Below are positions 1 through 12,400 of a DNA stretch of 64,000 nucleotides, piece after piece. The stretch is from Anolis carolinensis (taxonomy: Eukaryota). Made by a program: the position numbers and the translations under genes. Under the pieces are notes generated by a model. That model saw only the letters and a program-made list of their open reading frames with translations. It was not told where the DNA came from and did no database searches. The stretch lies in contig NC_085846.1 in the NCBI RefSeq assembly GCF_035594765.1, positions 6,249,190 to 6,313,189 on the forward strand. The letters are read 5' to 3'. Position 1 is the first letter of the stretch, and each line of letters starts with the position of its first letter.

Positions 1-550
1 AGGTGATGCAATAGCTGTTAAACAGTAGAATTTCTCCTGTGGTGTGGGGCGTAGACATCCTATGATAATGCGGAATGTCTCCTTAAGAGCCACACCCACT
101 GCTTTAACATGGTGAGATATATTCCACACTGAGCATGCATATTCAGCAGCAGAGTAGCAAAGCGCAAGAGCAGATGCCTTCACGGTGTCTGGTTGTGATC
201 CCCAGGTTGTGCCAGTCAGCTTTCTCATGGTATTATTCCTAGCACCCACTTTTTGCTTGATAGTCAAGCAGTGCTTTTTGTAAGTCAGAGCACAATTCAG
301 GGTAACTCCCAGGTATTTTGGTGTGCTGCAATGCTCCAGTGGGATTCCTTCCCAGGTCATCCTCAGAGCTCTTAAGGTGAAAAGCACACGTCTGCATTTT
401 AGATGGATTAGGAATCAGCTGGTTTTCCCTGTAATAGGCAGTAAGAGCACCTAAAGCTTCAGAGAGCTTCTCTTCAACGATTTCAAAGCTCCCTGCTTGA
501 GCAGTGATGGCACAATCATCAGCATAGATGAAACTCTCTGTCCCTTCTGC
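1..550 (-). mobile_element. LINE ORF2 fragment (RT C-terminus), Vingi/Ingi-like, degenerate
   Basis: Minus-strand translation gives FIYADD...LTAYYRENQLIPNPSK...PKYLGVTL...RNNTMRKLTGTTWGS..., a non-LTR RT motif set; clade assignment is from recollection. Confidence 0.7.
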
Positions 551-597
551 AAAAGGAGATGATTGTGATGTTCTGCTCCTCCCAAGTAGCTATAAAT

Positions 598-714
598 CAG
601 GCATGGGTAAACTTGGGCCCTGCACGTGTTTTGGACTTCAACTCCTAGAATTTCGAACAGCCGGTAGATGTTGAAGTGCAAAAGACCTGGAGAGACGACG
701 TTTGCCCATGCCTG
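598..714. mobile_element. hAT-type palindromic MITE (CAGGCATGGGCAAAC TIR family)
   Basis: TIR-bounded hairpin; same family at ~3468-3689, 7260-7356, 15288-15421, 17026-17156, 20208-20317, 26937-27070, 43115-43231 and 43556-43660. Confidence 0.7.
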
Positions 715-777
715 ATTTAGCAACTTCCCAGTGTTTCAAATTGAAGACATTTTCAGCCCTTTCTTTGGTGATGTTAG

Positions 778-1026
<249 letters not shown>

Positions 1027-1179
1027 TGAGGCAGCGCTTGCCTAGTTGGCATTCATGGGGGGGGGGGGGGCTCTAACTGTATTTACCACAGAGGCTTCAC
1101 TTCAAATTCATCTCAGTTCATGCCTGGTTGGGGGATTCTGGGAGTTGTAAGGGTTTTCTTTCAGGCTCTGCCATTGTAA

Positions 1180-1813
<634 letters not shown>

Positions 1814-3091
1814 TAAAGCAAATGAAAAAATCAGAACAACAGCCTTAGCAGGAGGAATTCCATGGCCACTTCCAGTTTTTCAAGTCAGGAGATGCAGAAT
1901 TACTATTAAATATATTAGGATACAAAGCCCAGACATAGATCTTCACTATTAAAGGGAGTTCTTTGGCCAAAAGGGTATCTAAGACCACTTTTTCCATATT
2001 GGGGGTTGGGATTATGGGGGAAGGCTCAGTGAAAATGGTGAGCCAGATTATTATGATGCGAACTGCAGTATCTTACCGTATTTATATCAGTCTGTATAGT
2101 GGCCAACCTTGAAGCTTGGGGTATAGTTCGGATCATAAGGAGGTGGGAAAAGGTGCAGAAAAAACACGTAAAGTATCATATATACTCGAGTCGAATGCGC
2201 CATCAAATCAAATGCACACTTCAATTTTCAAAACCCCAAACCCAAAAAAAGTATTTTCTGCAAAATGTAATGTGCAGGAGCAAAAGGCGCACTTTTTGTC
2301 ATTTGGCCATTATGGTTGCTGCCTGCTTAGAATTCCTTCTTTAAAAACAAAAGTGTTAGGACAGCAAAGCTTCCAGCAATTGAAAAAAAAATTGGGGTGC
2401 ATCTATGTTGTAGAATGAACCCACTTTAATTTTCCAGCAATCGAAAAGAAAACCTTGGGATGCATCTATGCTGTAAAATAAATCCACTTTAATTGCTGTG
2501 GTTCTGTGCTGTGGAATCATGGCGGCTGTAGTTTGACAAGGCCTTCAGCCTTCTCCGCCAAAGAGTGTGGATGCCTCCCTCACCAAACTACAAATCCCAG
2601 GATTTCATAGCATTGATCTATGACAATTACATTACAGATGACACCACTCAAATAGGAGCTCCATTTGCTCCTGAAATATCTTCCCCTTTTGTTTTGACTT
2701 GGCACTAAGACTACCGTATTATGAGAATCTAATGTGCACCCTAATTTTGGCCAGATAAATTAGACAAAAAAAAGATGAGCGTTAAATTCAAGTAAATGCA
2801 GTAATAATCTCCCTAAAAGCCAACTGAGTTTGCAAAACGTGAGCAGGACGGTTCATAACCAAGATTCTGAGCAGTCTCCAGCTTGTAAGGTTGCTGTATT
2901 TAGCCAGCTTGATAACAATAATACCAAGGAACAACTTCCCCACAAAAAGTTACATATTGGGGCTTTTAGGCTGAAAAAATGAATGCAGTGGAAAACGGTC
3001 TACAAAGTGTGAAGAAAGTGGGGCAAGGCATTGTTTTCCTGCCTCTCTCCTGCAACCGAGACCCATAAAGGATGTTTGGCAATCCACCTGA

Positions 3092-3253
<162 letters not shown>

Positions 3254-3904
3254 TGAGTTGGGGCCTGATTGTTTTGCATGGTCTCTGAGCAATCCCTCAT
3301 CTTCCAGACCCTCATACTTGGGGACAAGGGTCACTTGATGGCTGGAAAGATCTGCTACTGTAATGTATGGGATCGTACCTGCATGTGTGTAATTTAAGGG
3401 GAGACGTGGTCCATGGGAGGATAGTGTAGAATCTGCTCTTATGTTGGCCAACCTCTGAGTATATCTCAGACATGGGCAAACTTGGGCCCTCCAGGTGTTT
3501 TGGACTTTAACTCCCACAATTCTGAACAGCTGTGGAATGGTTGAACAGAAGCTCTCTGAAGCTTTAGGTGCTCTTACTGCCTATTACAGGGGAAACCAGC
3601 TGATTCCTAATCCATCTAAAACTGTGCTGTTAGGAATTGTGGGAGTTGAAGTCCAAAACACCTGGAGGGCCCAAGTTTGCCCATGCCTGGGATATCCCAT
3701 CTCCATTCAGAAGTTACGGGCATCAGTTCCTAGTTGCTCTTATGGATGTCAGTTCGTCTTACCAGCCTAGTGAGGAGGGATCATGGAGGTTGTACTCTGG
3801 TGCATCTGGGATGGAGAGGGGTTACATTCAGTATAGTTTTGTGTAATTCCTCACAGGTTGATGTCGATATGTCTTGTTCACCTTCCCTGTTCTCTCCCTC
3901 CCAG

Positions 3905-4031
3905 GTATTGTCTGATGCAGTCAATAAAGCACTGTCAGGTCCAGCGCGAGAGCCTGGTGCGGTCCGGGAAGAAGATCGCCTACCAGGGCCGGGTGAAGGA
4001 CGAGCCGGCCTACTACTGCAATGAGTGTGAC
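3905..4031 (+). CDS. KDM6B: KDM6B coding exon ([16 protein letters not shown]...YYCNECD; first CxxC of zinc-binding domain)
   Basis: cccag acceptor, gtaggt donor. Confidence 0.96.
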
Positions 4032-6992
4032 GTAGGTTTCCGTGTCTTTTTGGCCTTCCTTTGCCGCAGCGGCTGTGAGTGAGCTTGTGTCCGTTCTGCA
4101 GTTAGGTGCCAGACACGTCTTTTATTTTGTTCTTGTACTTGCTCTTCCTCCTCAGTTGGGCACTGCCATTCCTCCACAGCGGTGCTGTGCCCACAAAATG
4201 GCAGTGTAAAAGGGCATTTCCCGTTCTGAGACAGTGGCTGGACCATTCTCCTGCTGTCCCAAAATGCCGTGGCCGAACAAATCTGTGTTTGATCCGTCGT
4301 TCCTTTCGCCTTCACTTCCAATATGGGAGCTCCTTTTTGCCTTCGCTTCACACTCATATGCTGTGAACTGTGCCCCGTTTCTCATGGGGAGACGTTCCCA
4401 GCAATCTCTAATGACTACCATGGGTTTCCCTCCTGCCAGGAAGCAATCTGACAGGCTGGTTTTATTCCCTGCCATGAACTTCTTGGAGTAAACTCTTCCC
4501 AAAAATGGAAAGAGGCCCAACTTCCAGGGGTTATCCGTATGCCCTGTGGTGTGAACAATGTTTTTTCTGAGACCTGTTTGTCTTTAAAATGCCTCCTGTA
4601 CCCACATGTAGTTTGATGTTTCCATGCCTGAGAGTGCTGAGGAGCAAGAAAAACCATAAGCAAGTAGAAGGGTCAAACAGTGAGTATGAATTATGTGTTT
4701 TTAAAAAACGGCGGTGAAGAAGAAAATCAGTCTGAAGACAGATTGGAGTTCCAGCTGCAGGAATGGAAAAGAATACACAGATATCACATTGAATAGATTT
4801 TTCGACCAATGTGGCACCGTGAACACAGTGCTGAAAATTCAGATAGAAGACTCTCATTTCTCCTGGGATGAAATGGAAGACTGAGGTGGCAAGACAAAGA
4901 AATGGAAAAAGAGAAGAGGTCTTACAACAGGGCAACAGTCCGGTGACAGGTTTGTCTCATACAGAAAGCCTGCTGAGAAGAAAGGTAAAGGGTCTCAAAG
5001 GAGAGAATGGGAAGAAAGGCTCAGCAAGGTGACAAGAAGGCAATACATCACAAATATCTCCGGGCAACCAGCTTGGATAGAGATGACTGAGCAACCCTGA
5101 AGTAGCTGGCAGGATTGCCTTATTTGAGCCAAGTTCACCAGCTCTTCCAGAAGTGGACACAGATTTGACTTAAGCCAGGAAGAAATCTTAGCAAGCTCCT
5201 TCAAGACGGGACATGGAAGATTTGACTAAATTGAGAAAGTCAACCAAGAATGCAGATGAAGCAGGGAATTGGCAAATAGAGCAGTAGTTGAGTTCAGTTT
5301 AGGGGTGCCCTAAATAAGGAATGAAATCGTTCATAAGAGACGAAATGTCAAGACAACTTGGACTACCACATCTGAAGGAAAGAAGCCACACTTTCCAGAG
5401 TATCCACAACTGGATGCACTCCTGATACTGAGCCCAGTCGTTGCCCTGAGTGGAAGCCAGGGCTGGATCACATCAAACAATTCCTCCGAAAGATGCATAG
5501 GGCAAAGCAGACAAGACACCTGGACATCAGATGCACTCTGGTCCCTAAGGTGTGGCCAGGACCTGCCAGAATAGCAAGTCTTTGTGTAGATGTGATTCCA
5601 GTGAGATGCGTAAAATCAAAAACGGGATGAAGAAGAGAGGCTCAATACCTGGATTTTGTCATTGGTTAGGTGCAGCTTGCCATTGGGTTGTAATGTGGAA
5701 GAAAAGTCTCTGTGGTGGGGTTTGTTTTAAACAGAAAGCCAGAGAAGAAATAAACTCCTTCCCTCTCCGTTCTGTGTTTGTCTCGTTCTTCCATGGTTCT
5801 CCACTTGTAGCTCTCTTCATAGCCTCACCCTCTAGAAAGAAATCCTGCTGTAACGCCATGTTTTCGTCGCTCTTCTTTCTTTGCTGGGGTCCTCTGTGAT
5901 CCTGGCCCTTTGAAATTCCTGCCATTTCCCAAGGAGTAGCCATGGCCTCTTCCTCACGATCCAGTTACAGCTGTTTCATACTTCTCTTACCGTCGAGGCT
6001 TTATCCTATGGAATCCAATGGTTTATAGTTTGGCGAGGCACTGGAGCTCTTTGGCAGAGAATTCTAAATACTTCCCCAAACTACAAATCACAGAATTCCA
6101 CAGCATGGAGTTATGGCAAATAAAGTGGTATCAAACTGTTCTCATTGTGTGGTGTGAAAGAGACCCGAATTAACCTTTTTTCAGGAAAACAGAACATTCG
6201 TATAGCACCTTAAAAGACAAACAAGTTTATCCTCTAATTGTTTACAGGATTCTGTTTGTTTGTTTTTTCCTGTTGTTGTTTTTCTGCTTCTTGTCTGTGT
6301 CTTTGCATAACCAAGATTGCAGTAAGCACGAATGTGGTTTTTTTGGACTACAACTCCCACAATCTCATGCCCAGCATGACTATGGGAGTTGTTGTCCAGA
6401 ACTACGTAATGACACATTGTAGCCAATCTCTCACTTTAGCTAATAAAACAGAAATGATTTGCAAATGTGTAAGAAGAATTATGCATAACAGGATAATTCT
6501 AAATCACACATTTTCCTTGCAGGCTAAAATTAATGGATTTTTTTTCCTCCTTGGGTTTAGCAAGCATGGATTTCTTTAATTGCTGGAACTTTGTACTCAG
6601 CAAAATGTAGGGGGAGCACAGGGATGGAGTCTGGAAACAGCTTGGAAAAGTTAACTTCTCCTCTCTCCTTTTGGACAACAATTCTCAGAATCCCCCAGTC
6701 AGCCACGGGTATCTTGGGGATTCTGAGAGTTGTCGTCCAAAACAAAGAGTGGGAAGAAAAAAATTGCTCTTCTAAGGTCTGACAAATTCCACCAGGACTC
6801 TTCTTCCCTGTTTACTTTCTGAACATTGATGGAGCCAGGCTCTTTTTATTCCACAGGATAGTCCCCGTCAATTCAGTTTCTCAGCCCTTCCTCTTTTCCA
6901 ACACTCGGCATCGATTCACGAAGAGTGGAGAAGGGCTGAGGCCCCGTTCCCTTTTTTGGCAGGCACCTGACCTCCACGTGTTCCCCCCACAG

Positions 6993-7163
6993 GTGGAGGT
7001 GTTCAATATCCTCTTCGTGACGAGCGAGAATGGGAGCAAGAACTCCTACCTGGTGCACTGCGAGGCCTGCGCCCGCAAGCGCAACTCCTCCCTCCACGGC
7101 GTAGTGGTGCTGGAGCAGTACAAGACGGAGGAGTTGATACACATCTACGACAGCTTCACCCTG
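6993..7163 (+). CDS. KDM6B: KDM6B penultimate coding exon ([10 protein letters not shown]...HCEAC...YDSFTL; second CxxC)
   Basis: ccacag acceptor, gtgagt donor, 171 nt phase 0. Confidence 0.97.
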
Positions 7164-7367
7164 GTGAGTCTCCCGGACTATGACCATTCGCCAACACTAA
7201 AGCCTGAAGTAAATCATACAGGAATATGTTGAAGAGAGTAAGAGCCAGACACTATACACCAGGCATAGGCCAACTTCACCCCTCCAGGCTGTTAGGAGTT
7301 GTTGGAGTTCAAGTTTCAAAACACCTGGAGAGAGAGCTGTAGTTTGCCCATGCCTGATTTTGGTGTA

Positions 7368-7706
7368 CAGTATTCCCTCACTTATTGTGGAGATTAGATT
7401 CCAGGACCACCTGCAATAAGTGAAAATCCGCAAAGTAGGGACACTGTATTTATTTTAATATTTATAAATTATTTTAGTAGTTATACACTATTTTAAGTCT
7501 TTATCAACCAATCGTGTGTTGATAAATTGTGTTCTTCTCCCCCCGTTGTCGCTCGGGCTCCTTTTCTCGCCCTTCGGCTTCTCCTTCCTCCCTTCCTTAG
7601 GCTGTAAATTGTAATTTTTATTTATAATATTCTTTTAGAGTTTATTGAAAAACCGCAAAACAGTGAATCTGCAAAAAGTGAACCGCGAAGTAGTGAGGGA
7701 TCACTG
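7368..7706. mobile_element. Tc1/mariner (Tigger-like) MITE
   Basis: TIRs cagtattccctcact / agtgagggatcactg with TA on both sides. Confidence 0.75.
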
Positions 7707-7769
7707 TAATCTCTTTCCCTGCATGTTCATTTCCACGCCCTACTCAATGCATTTCAAGTCTGTTCAGGG

Positions 7770-7991
7770 TTTATTTATTTATTTATTTACAGTATTTATA
7801 TTCCGCCCTTCTCACCCCAAAGGGGACTCAGGGCGGATCACATTGCACACATATAAGGCAAACAGTCAATGCCTTAACATAGAACAGAGACAGAGACAAA
7901 TGCAGGCTCCGAGCTGGCCTCAAACTCATGACCTCTTGGTCAGAGTGATTTGTTGCCGCTGGCTGCTCACCAGCCTGCGCCACAGCCCGGG
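7770..7991 (-). mobile_element. Anolis-type tRNA-derived SINE, internally deleted
   Basis: Same head (ccgggctgtggcgcaggctggtg) and (TAAA)n tail as the longer copy at 25674-26157. Confidence 0.7.
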
Positions 7992-8088
7992 TTGTTCATT
8001 CAGCTCTAATGTTACACCAGAACAGTCTGCCTGTCACCATTTTGTTTAACCCCCCACTCCTTTTTCTCCTCCCTGTTTTTCTTGATAG

Positions 8089-8112
8089 GCTACATCGCCC
8101 AGCTCCAGATGA
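8089..8112 (+). CDS. KDM6B: KDM6B last coding exon (ATSPSSR*)
   Basis: Long polypyrimidine tract plus tag acceptor; resembles human C-terminus APASTSR. Confidence 0.88.
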   Translation, partial: ATSPSSR

Positions 8113-10370
8113 GCCATACCCTGCCCGGACACAGCCAGCGGTCTGGGCTCCTTTTTCCTCCCGGCCGGCCGGCCAGCGAGCAGCTCCTCTGCCCTTTGCC
8201 CAGCGGCAGCAGCAGCAGCAGCGTTGGGGGTGAGGCGGAGGGGTCCCTCCAGCCTGCCCCCTTCTTCTCCCCTTCTTCCTTCCCTCCCTCCCTCCTTTCA
8301 GAGCAGCTGAGCCTCCAACCTCCACTCACTCACCCTTCTCTCTCTTGGGCTGGAGTGACACAACAGAACCGGAATAACCCAGACGTTCCAACCATGGACC
8401 CCTTTTTAATTTATTCTTCTTCTTTTTTTGAGATGAACTCTTTTTTTTCTTCTCCCCCTCTGTGGGTGGTGCTGATTTTGTATTAAAAGAGAAAAAAAAC
8501 AATTATAGAAAAAATAATAAGGGCAGCAAAAATTGATTGGAAAGGCAATGGGTGTTTTCTCTCCCTCCCGTCGGTCGGTTCCGCGTGGGACTCCTCCGCC
8601 TCCGTCTGTCCGTCCGTCGTGCCTGGTTTTCCCCTCGGACTGCAACGCATCAGGAGCTCCCGAGGCACAGATGACCAGGAGGCGGCGGAAGGAAGGCTTT
8701 CTTTCACAAGAGCATTAATTTCCCCTTTTCTCTCTGATTCCTCCTCCTTGGACTGGGGAGAGCAAAACGTGTGGAACAGAGAGATGGATTCCTTGGCGGG
8801 GGGTGTGTGTGGTTTGGTTTGGTTTCTTTTCGATTGCATTTCTTTTCCTCGTTGGAACTTTTTTTAGAAAGGAAAAAAAGAGAGTTTTTGGAAAACACAG
8901 AACGCAAGCAAGCAAGCAAGCAAAAAAATTTAATACGGGTTTCTTAACACAGGACTTTTATGGGTTCAGTTCTCTCTGGGCGAACTTCTCACTTGGGAGG
9001 CGGGAGAAGTGTGTACATGGATTTATATATATCGGGCGGGGTGGGGAAGGGAGACCTGTTGCGCGTGTGGTTTTTAATTATTCCGATGGACATTTTGATT
9101 TCTTACATCCTTTTATATATTATATATATAAATATAAGGGAAAAAAGTTTCCTGGTTTGTATTAGAAACTGCTTTTAAAAAACAAAAACAGAAAACTCAA
9201 CAAAAAATATTATTATATTATACACACACAGACACAGAGACACGGAAGTCCGGTCGAAAGGTTTGGCGCGATGAGTTTGGGATGGCAAAAGGCCCAGCCC
9301 CGTGCGAAGGATATGGTGCTTGCCCCAAATATAGACACACGGGTAGATGGGAGAACTGGTTTGCAAAAAAGGGGGAGCGACCTGTGGGGTCTGCTCCTCC
9401 TCCTGTCCCTCTTCTGCCGCTCGATTCCCCCCTTCGTGCCATTTGGGGAAGGGGCAAACTAACCGCGGACCCTTAACGCTCTATTTAACTTTCACCCTCC
9501 TGATCTAACGAAAGACACCCTCAAATGTTTCCTCTTTAGCGGATTACCTGATTTAAACCTTAATTCCTAAACCATTTTTTAACCTTCTTCCTCGAGGAAG
9601 AAGCCTCCCCTCCCTTCCCCTCGTTCTGCATGCTTTTTAGCTCCCAGTTCATTTTACAAACAAATGTCGCAGATTTGGGGTAATTTTCGTTTTCTTTTTT
9701 TTTCCTCTTTCAAAATAACGCGTACCTCCATGCCTCAGAATTGTTTTGCAATTTGTAAATGTTCAGTGTCTTATCTCTCTTTTTTCAGTCTCGCTCTCTC
9801 TTTTTTTAATTTATATGTCTTTTTTTGGTAATGATTTCTCTATTTATTGGTCCTTTAATGGGGTTTGATCCAGCTTTTTTTTAAAAAAAGAAAGAAATAA
9901 CTTTTTACAATGTTAATGTATCTCTGTTTTTAAGTGTCTCCTCTTTTTTGTTGTCGTTCCTTCTACTCTGGAATTTTTATTGAATTTCTAAATGTTTTAT
10001 TATTATTTTTGTCTTGTAACATTTTCCTTAACATGATGGTGCTCAGTTTTCTAGCCGGGGAAGGAGGCAAGCCAAGCTTCGCCCCGGTTCATCTGTTGAT
10101 TTCCATTTCGAGCAGAGCTTCTCCCGGCCCGACATTGTAAAAACCTCTTCCTTCTGAAACCTGCACTTTTGAATTCCCGAATTCCCGAATCCCCGGCCCC
10201 TCCTTCCCGACACAAACACACTGTAATAGAAACAGACGACCATCTAGCTACTCTGGAAACAAAGATACACAGAAATGGATTCTTATTGTACTGTAGGGGA
10301 CAAGGAGAAAGCAAATCTTATTTTGTAAATGTAAAAAAAAAAATTAAATTAACTCACAGAGATAAAAGAA
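8113..10370 (+). other. KDM6B: KDM6B 3' UTR (about 2.2 kb) with candidate ATTAAA poly(A) signal at 10343-10348
   Basis: Transposon-free, U-rich/low-complexity tract after the stop; miRNA seed matches; end is approximate. Confidence 0.65.
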
Positions 10371-10680
10371 ACCAGCCTCTGTCTTTTTCACTATTTTTCT
10401 TTGTTGCAGGATAAGAGTTTGCGTTAGGAAGTTGCAGAGCCGGAGACTGAGAATATCGGGCGCCCTGGTCAGATAGGAGAATGAATGATATGTTTGGATT
10501 GAAAAGGAAAACCACACAGGAAACAAAAGCCAGAAATTATTCTTTCATGGGAAACAGAGAATCCCAAAATAAGCAAAATGCAAAATACGCAGCAAGCTTA
10601 TGAGATTTTCAGGGCATGTCTTTGGGGTTGATGACGCATTGGTGTTGGTTCTTGGTTTGTTGGTTCTACCTCAGCTAAAT

Positions 10681-10949
10681 TGTGTTGTTGAAGGCTTTCA
10701 TGGCTGGAATCACTAGGTTGCTATGAGTTTTCCGAGCTGTCTGGCCATGTTCCAGAAGCATTCTCTCCTGATGTTTCGCCCACACCTATGGCAGGCATCC
10801 TCAGAGGTTGTGAGGTCTGTTGGAAACTAGTCAAGTGGGTTTATATATCTGTGGGATAATGTCCAGGGTGAGAGAAAGAACCCTTGTCTGTTGAAGGCAA
10901 GTGTGAATGTTGCCATTGTCCACCTTGATTAGCATTGAATGGCCTTGCA
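10681..10949 (-). mobile_element. Penelope-like element fragment
   Basis: Recurrent repeat with hammerhead-like core; related copies at ~13602-13820, 16027-16297, 21720-21860, 22196-22385 and 61104-61776. Confidence 0.65.
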
Positions 10950-11282
10950 ACTAAATTATTTTTTTTTGGATGTTTCTCCTTCAGCCACTTTGAGTCCCAC
11001 TATCCTCTCAAGTGGAAGTGGGATCTTAATAGATATAATAACAAGAGTCACCACCCACCTTTTTTCTTTTAAAATGTCTGTACTGAAGAAGCGTTTTGAA
11101 GAATCTCAAAAGATCGTGTGGTTTTGGTGGTGGTGATTCCTAAAGAAAGAGTATCAATTATCTTTTTACCCAGAAAGGGCCACACCATTTAAAGCCAAAC
11201 TTCTTGTTGAGAAGATGAGGTGTGTTGGGCTTCTCAAAAAAATCGGGGAGCAGATGGAAGTTGTCGGTGGGTTGCTTTCAAT

Positions 11283-11558
11283 AGTAAAGATAAAGGTTTC
11301 CCCTTGACATTATGGTGCTTGCCCCTCTGGTTTGAGGTGCTTAACTCCATTTCTATCCGAAGAGCCAGCATCTGTAGGTGCCATTACCTTCCCACTGTAC
11401 GGTACCTATTGCTCTACTCAAATTTGCATGTTATAAAACTGCTAGGTTAGCAGAAGCTGGGACTAACAACAGGAACTCAACCTGTCTGGTGGATTTGAAC
11501 TGCCAAACTCGTCAGCAAGTTCTGCAGCTTAGCTGCTTATCGCGCTGTACCACTGCTC
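11283..11558 (-). mobile_element. Degenerate Sauria SINE
   Basis: aaaggtttcccc tail and gtacctattg...ctgctaggtt core shared with better copies. Confidence 0.65.
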
Positions 11559-12333
11559 AATAACATAACCAAAAGCAAAAACATATCCAAAAGATGGCTT
11601 GACAACTCCCAGAAGTCCTCAGATGGCAGCAAGTTACTTTTTGGGAGTTCTCTCCAAAAGTAACTTTCCCCCATCTCCAGTCTTGCTTAAGTCTTGGTCA
11701 TTTTGATGCCTTTAGAGTGCTTTTAACAGATGTTGGATGTCATTTGTTCCGTTGTGCATTGCTTCGGGGCAGAATGGAGTTGGGCTAAGTGGCCTTTGGG
11801 GGTCCCTCCCAACTCGGAAATTCTTTGAGGCTCAGTCCAATCTACCCAATTTTAGGAATTGTAATCTGACAGAAAAGGAATGTTTTCCCCCTAAGGGTAG
11901 AGACTGGGATCTGGTAGATGGGGAGGCAAAGTTGTGGCTATTTGGGTCTGAACGCAAGTGGCTCTCTACTTGGCTCACAGCATTAGGGAGGAATACCTTT
12001 GGCTCCCCGTTGAGGGTCCTTTAAGCACATGGCCAGCGCATGGGGCTTACTTAGCAGGGCATGAATGGCGAAAAAGGGAGGAGAAGCATCTTTGGAATTT
12101 GAGTGCTAGGGAGGGATACTGCTCCTTTATCCCTCTGTTTTTTAAAGGAATGAGCCTGCATCCCTTGGGATGGACAAGGGTGGGAGGGGACCTGAAAGAG
12201 GACTGGGGTCTGTTTTTGGCCTGGAGGGGGAAGGAGAAGCATTCCTGGAGGATCCTAAAGGGAGGGAGGGAGGGAGGCTGGGCCAGTGGGAGGAAGGCAG
12301 GGCAAAGGGATGGAGAGGGAGGGAGGAATGGGA

Positions 12334-12343
12334 CCTATAAAGG
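12334..12343 (+). promoter_or_regulatory. TATA box embedded in a perfect CArG box (CCTATAAAGG) upstream of TMEM88
   Basis: CC(A/T)6GG ending 57 bp upstream of the ATG at 12401. Confidence 0.55.
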
Positions 12344-12400
12344 ATGCAGGGTGAGCTCTGTGCCGCTTGTGGAAGGAAAGCATCCATCCTAGAGGGGAAG

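Noticed and set aside
4070-4074. 5-nt microexon (tgccgcag|CGGCT|gtgagt)
   Set aside because: The upstream intron would be only 38 nt, too short for normal splicing; kept only as an alternative donor or decoy.
4100-5900. Nested protein-coding gene in the KDM6B intron
   Set aside because: Only short ORFs with frequent stops in all frames and no recognisable domain.
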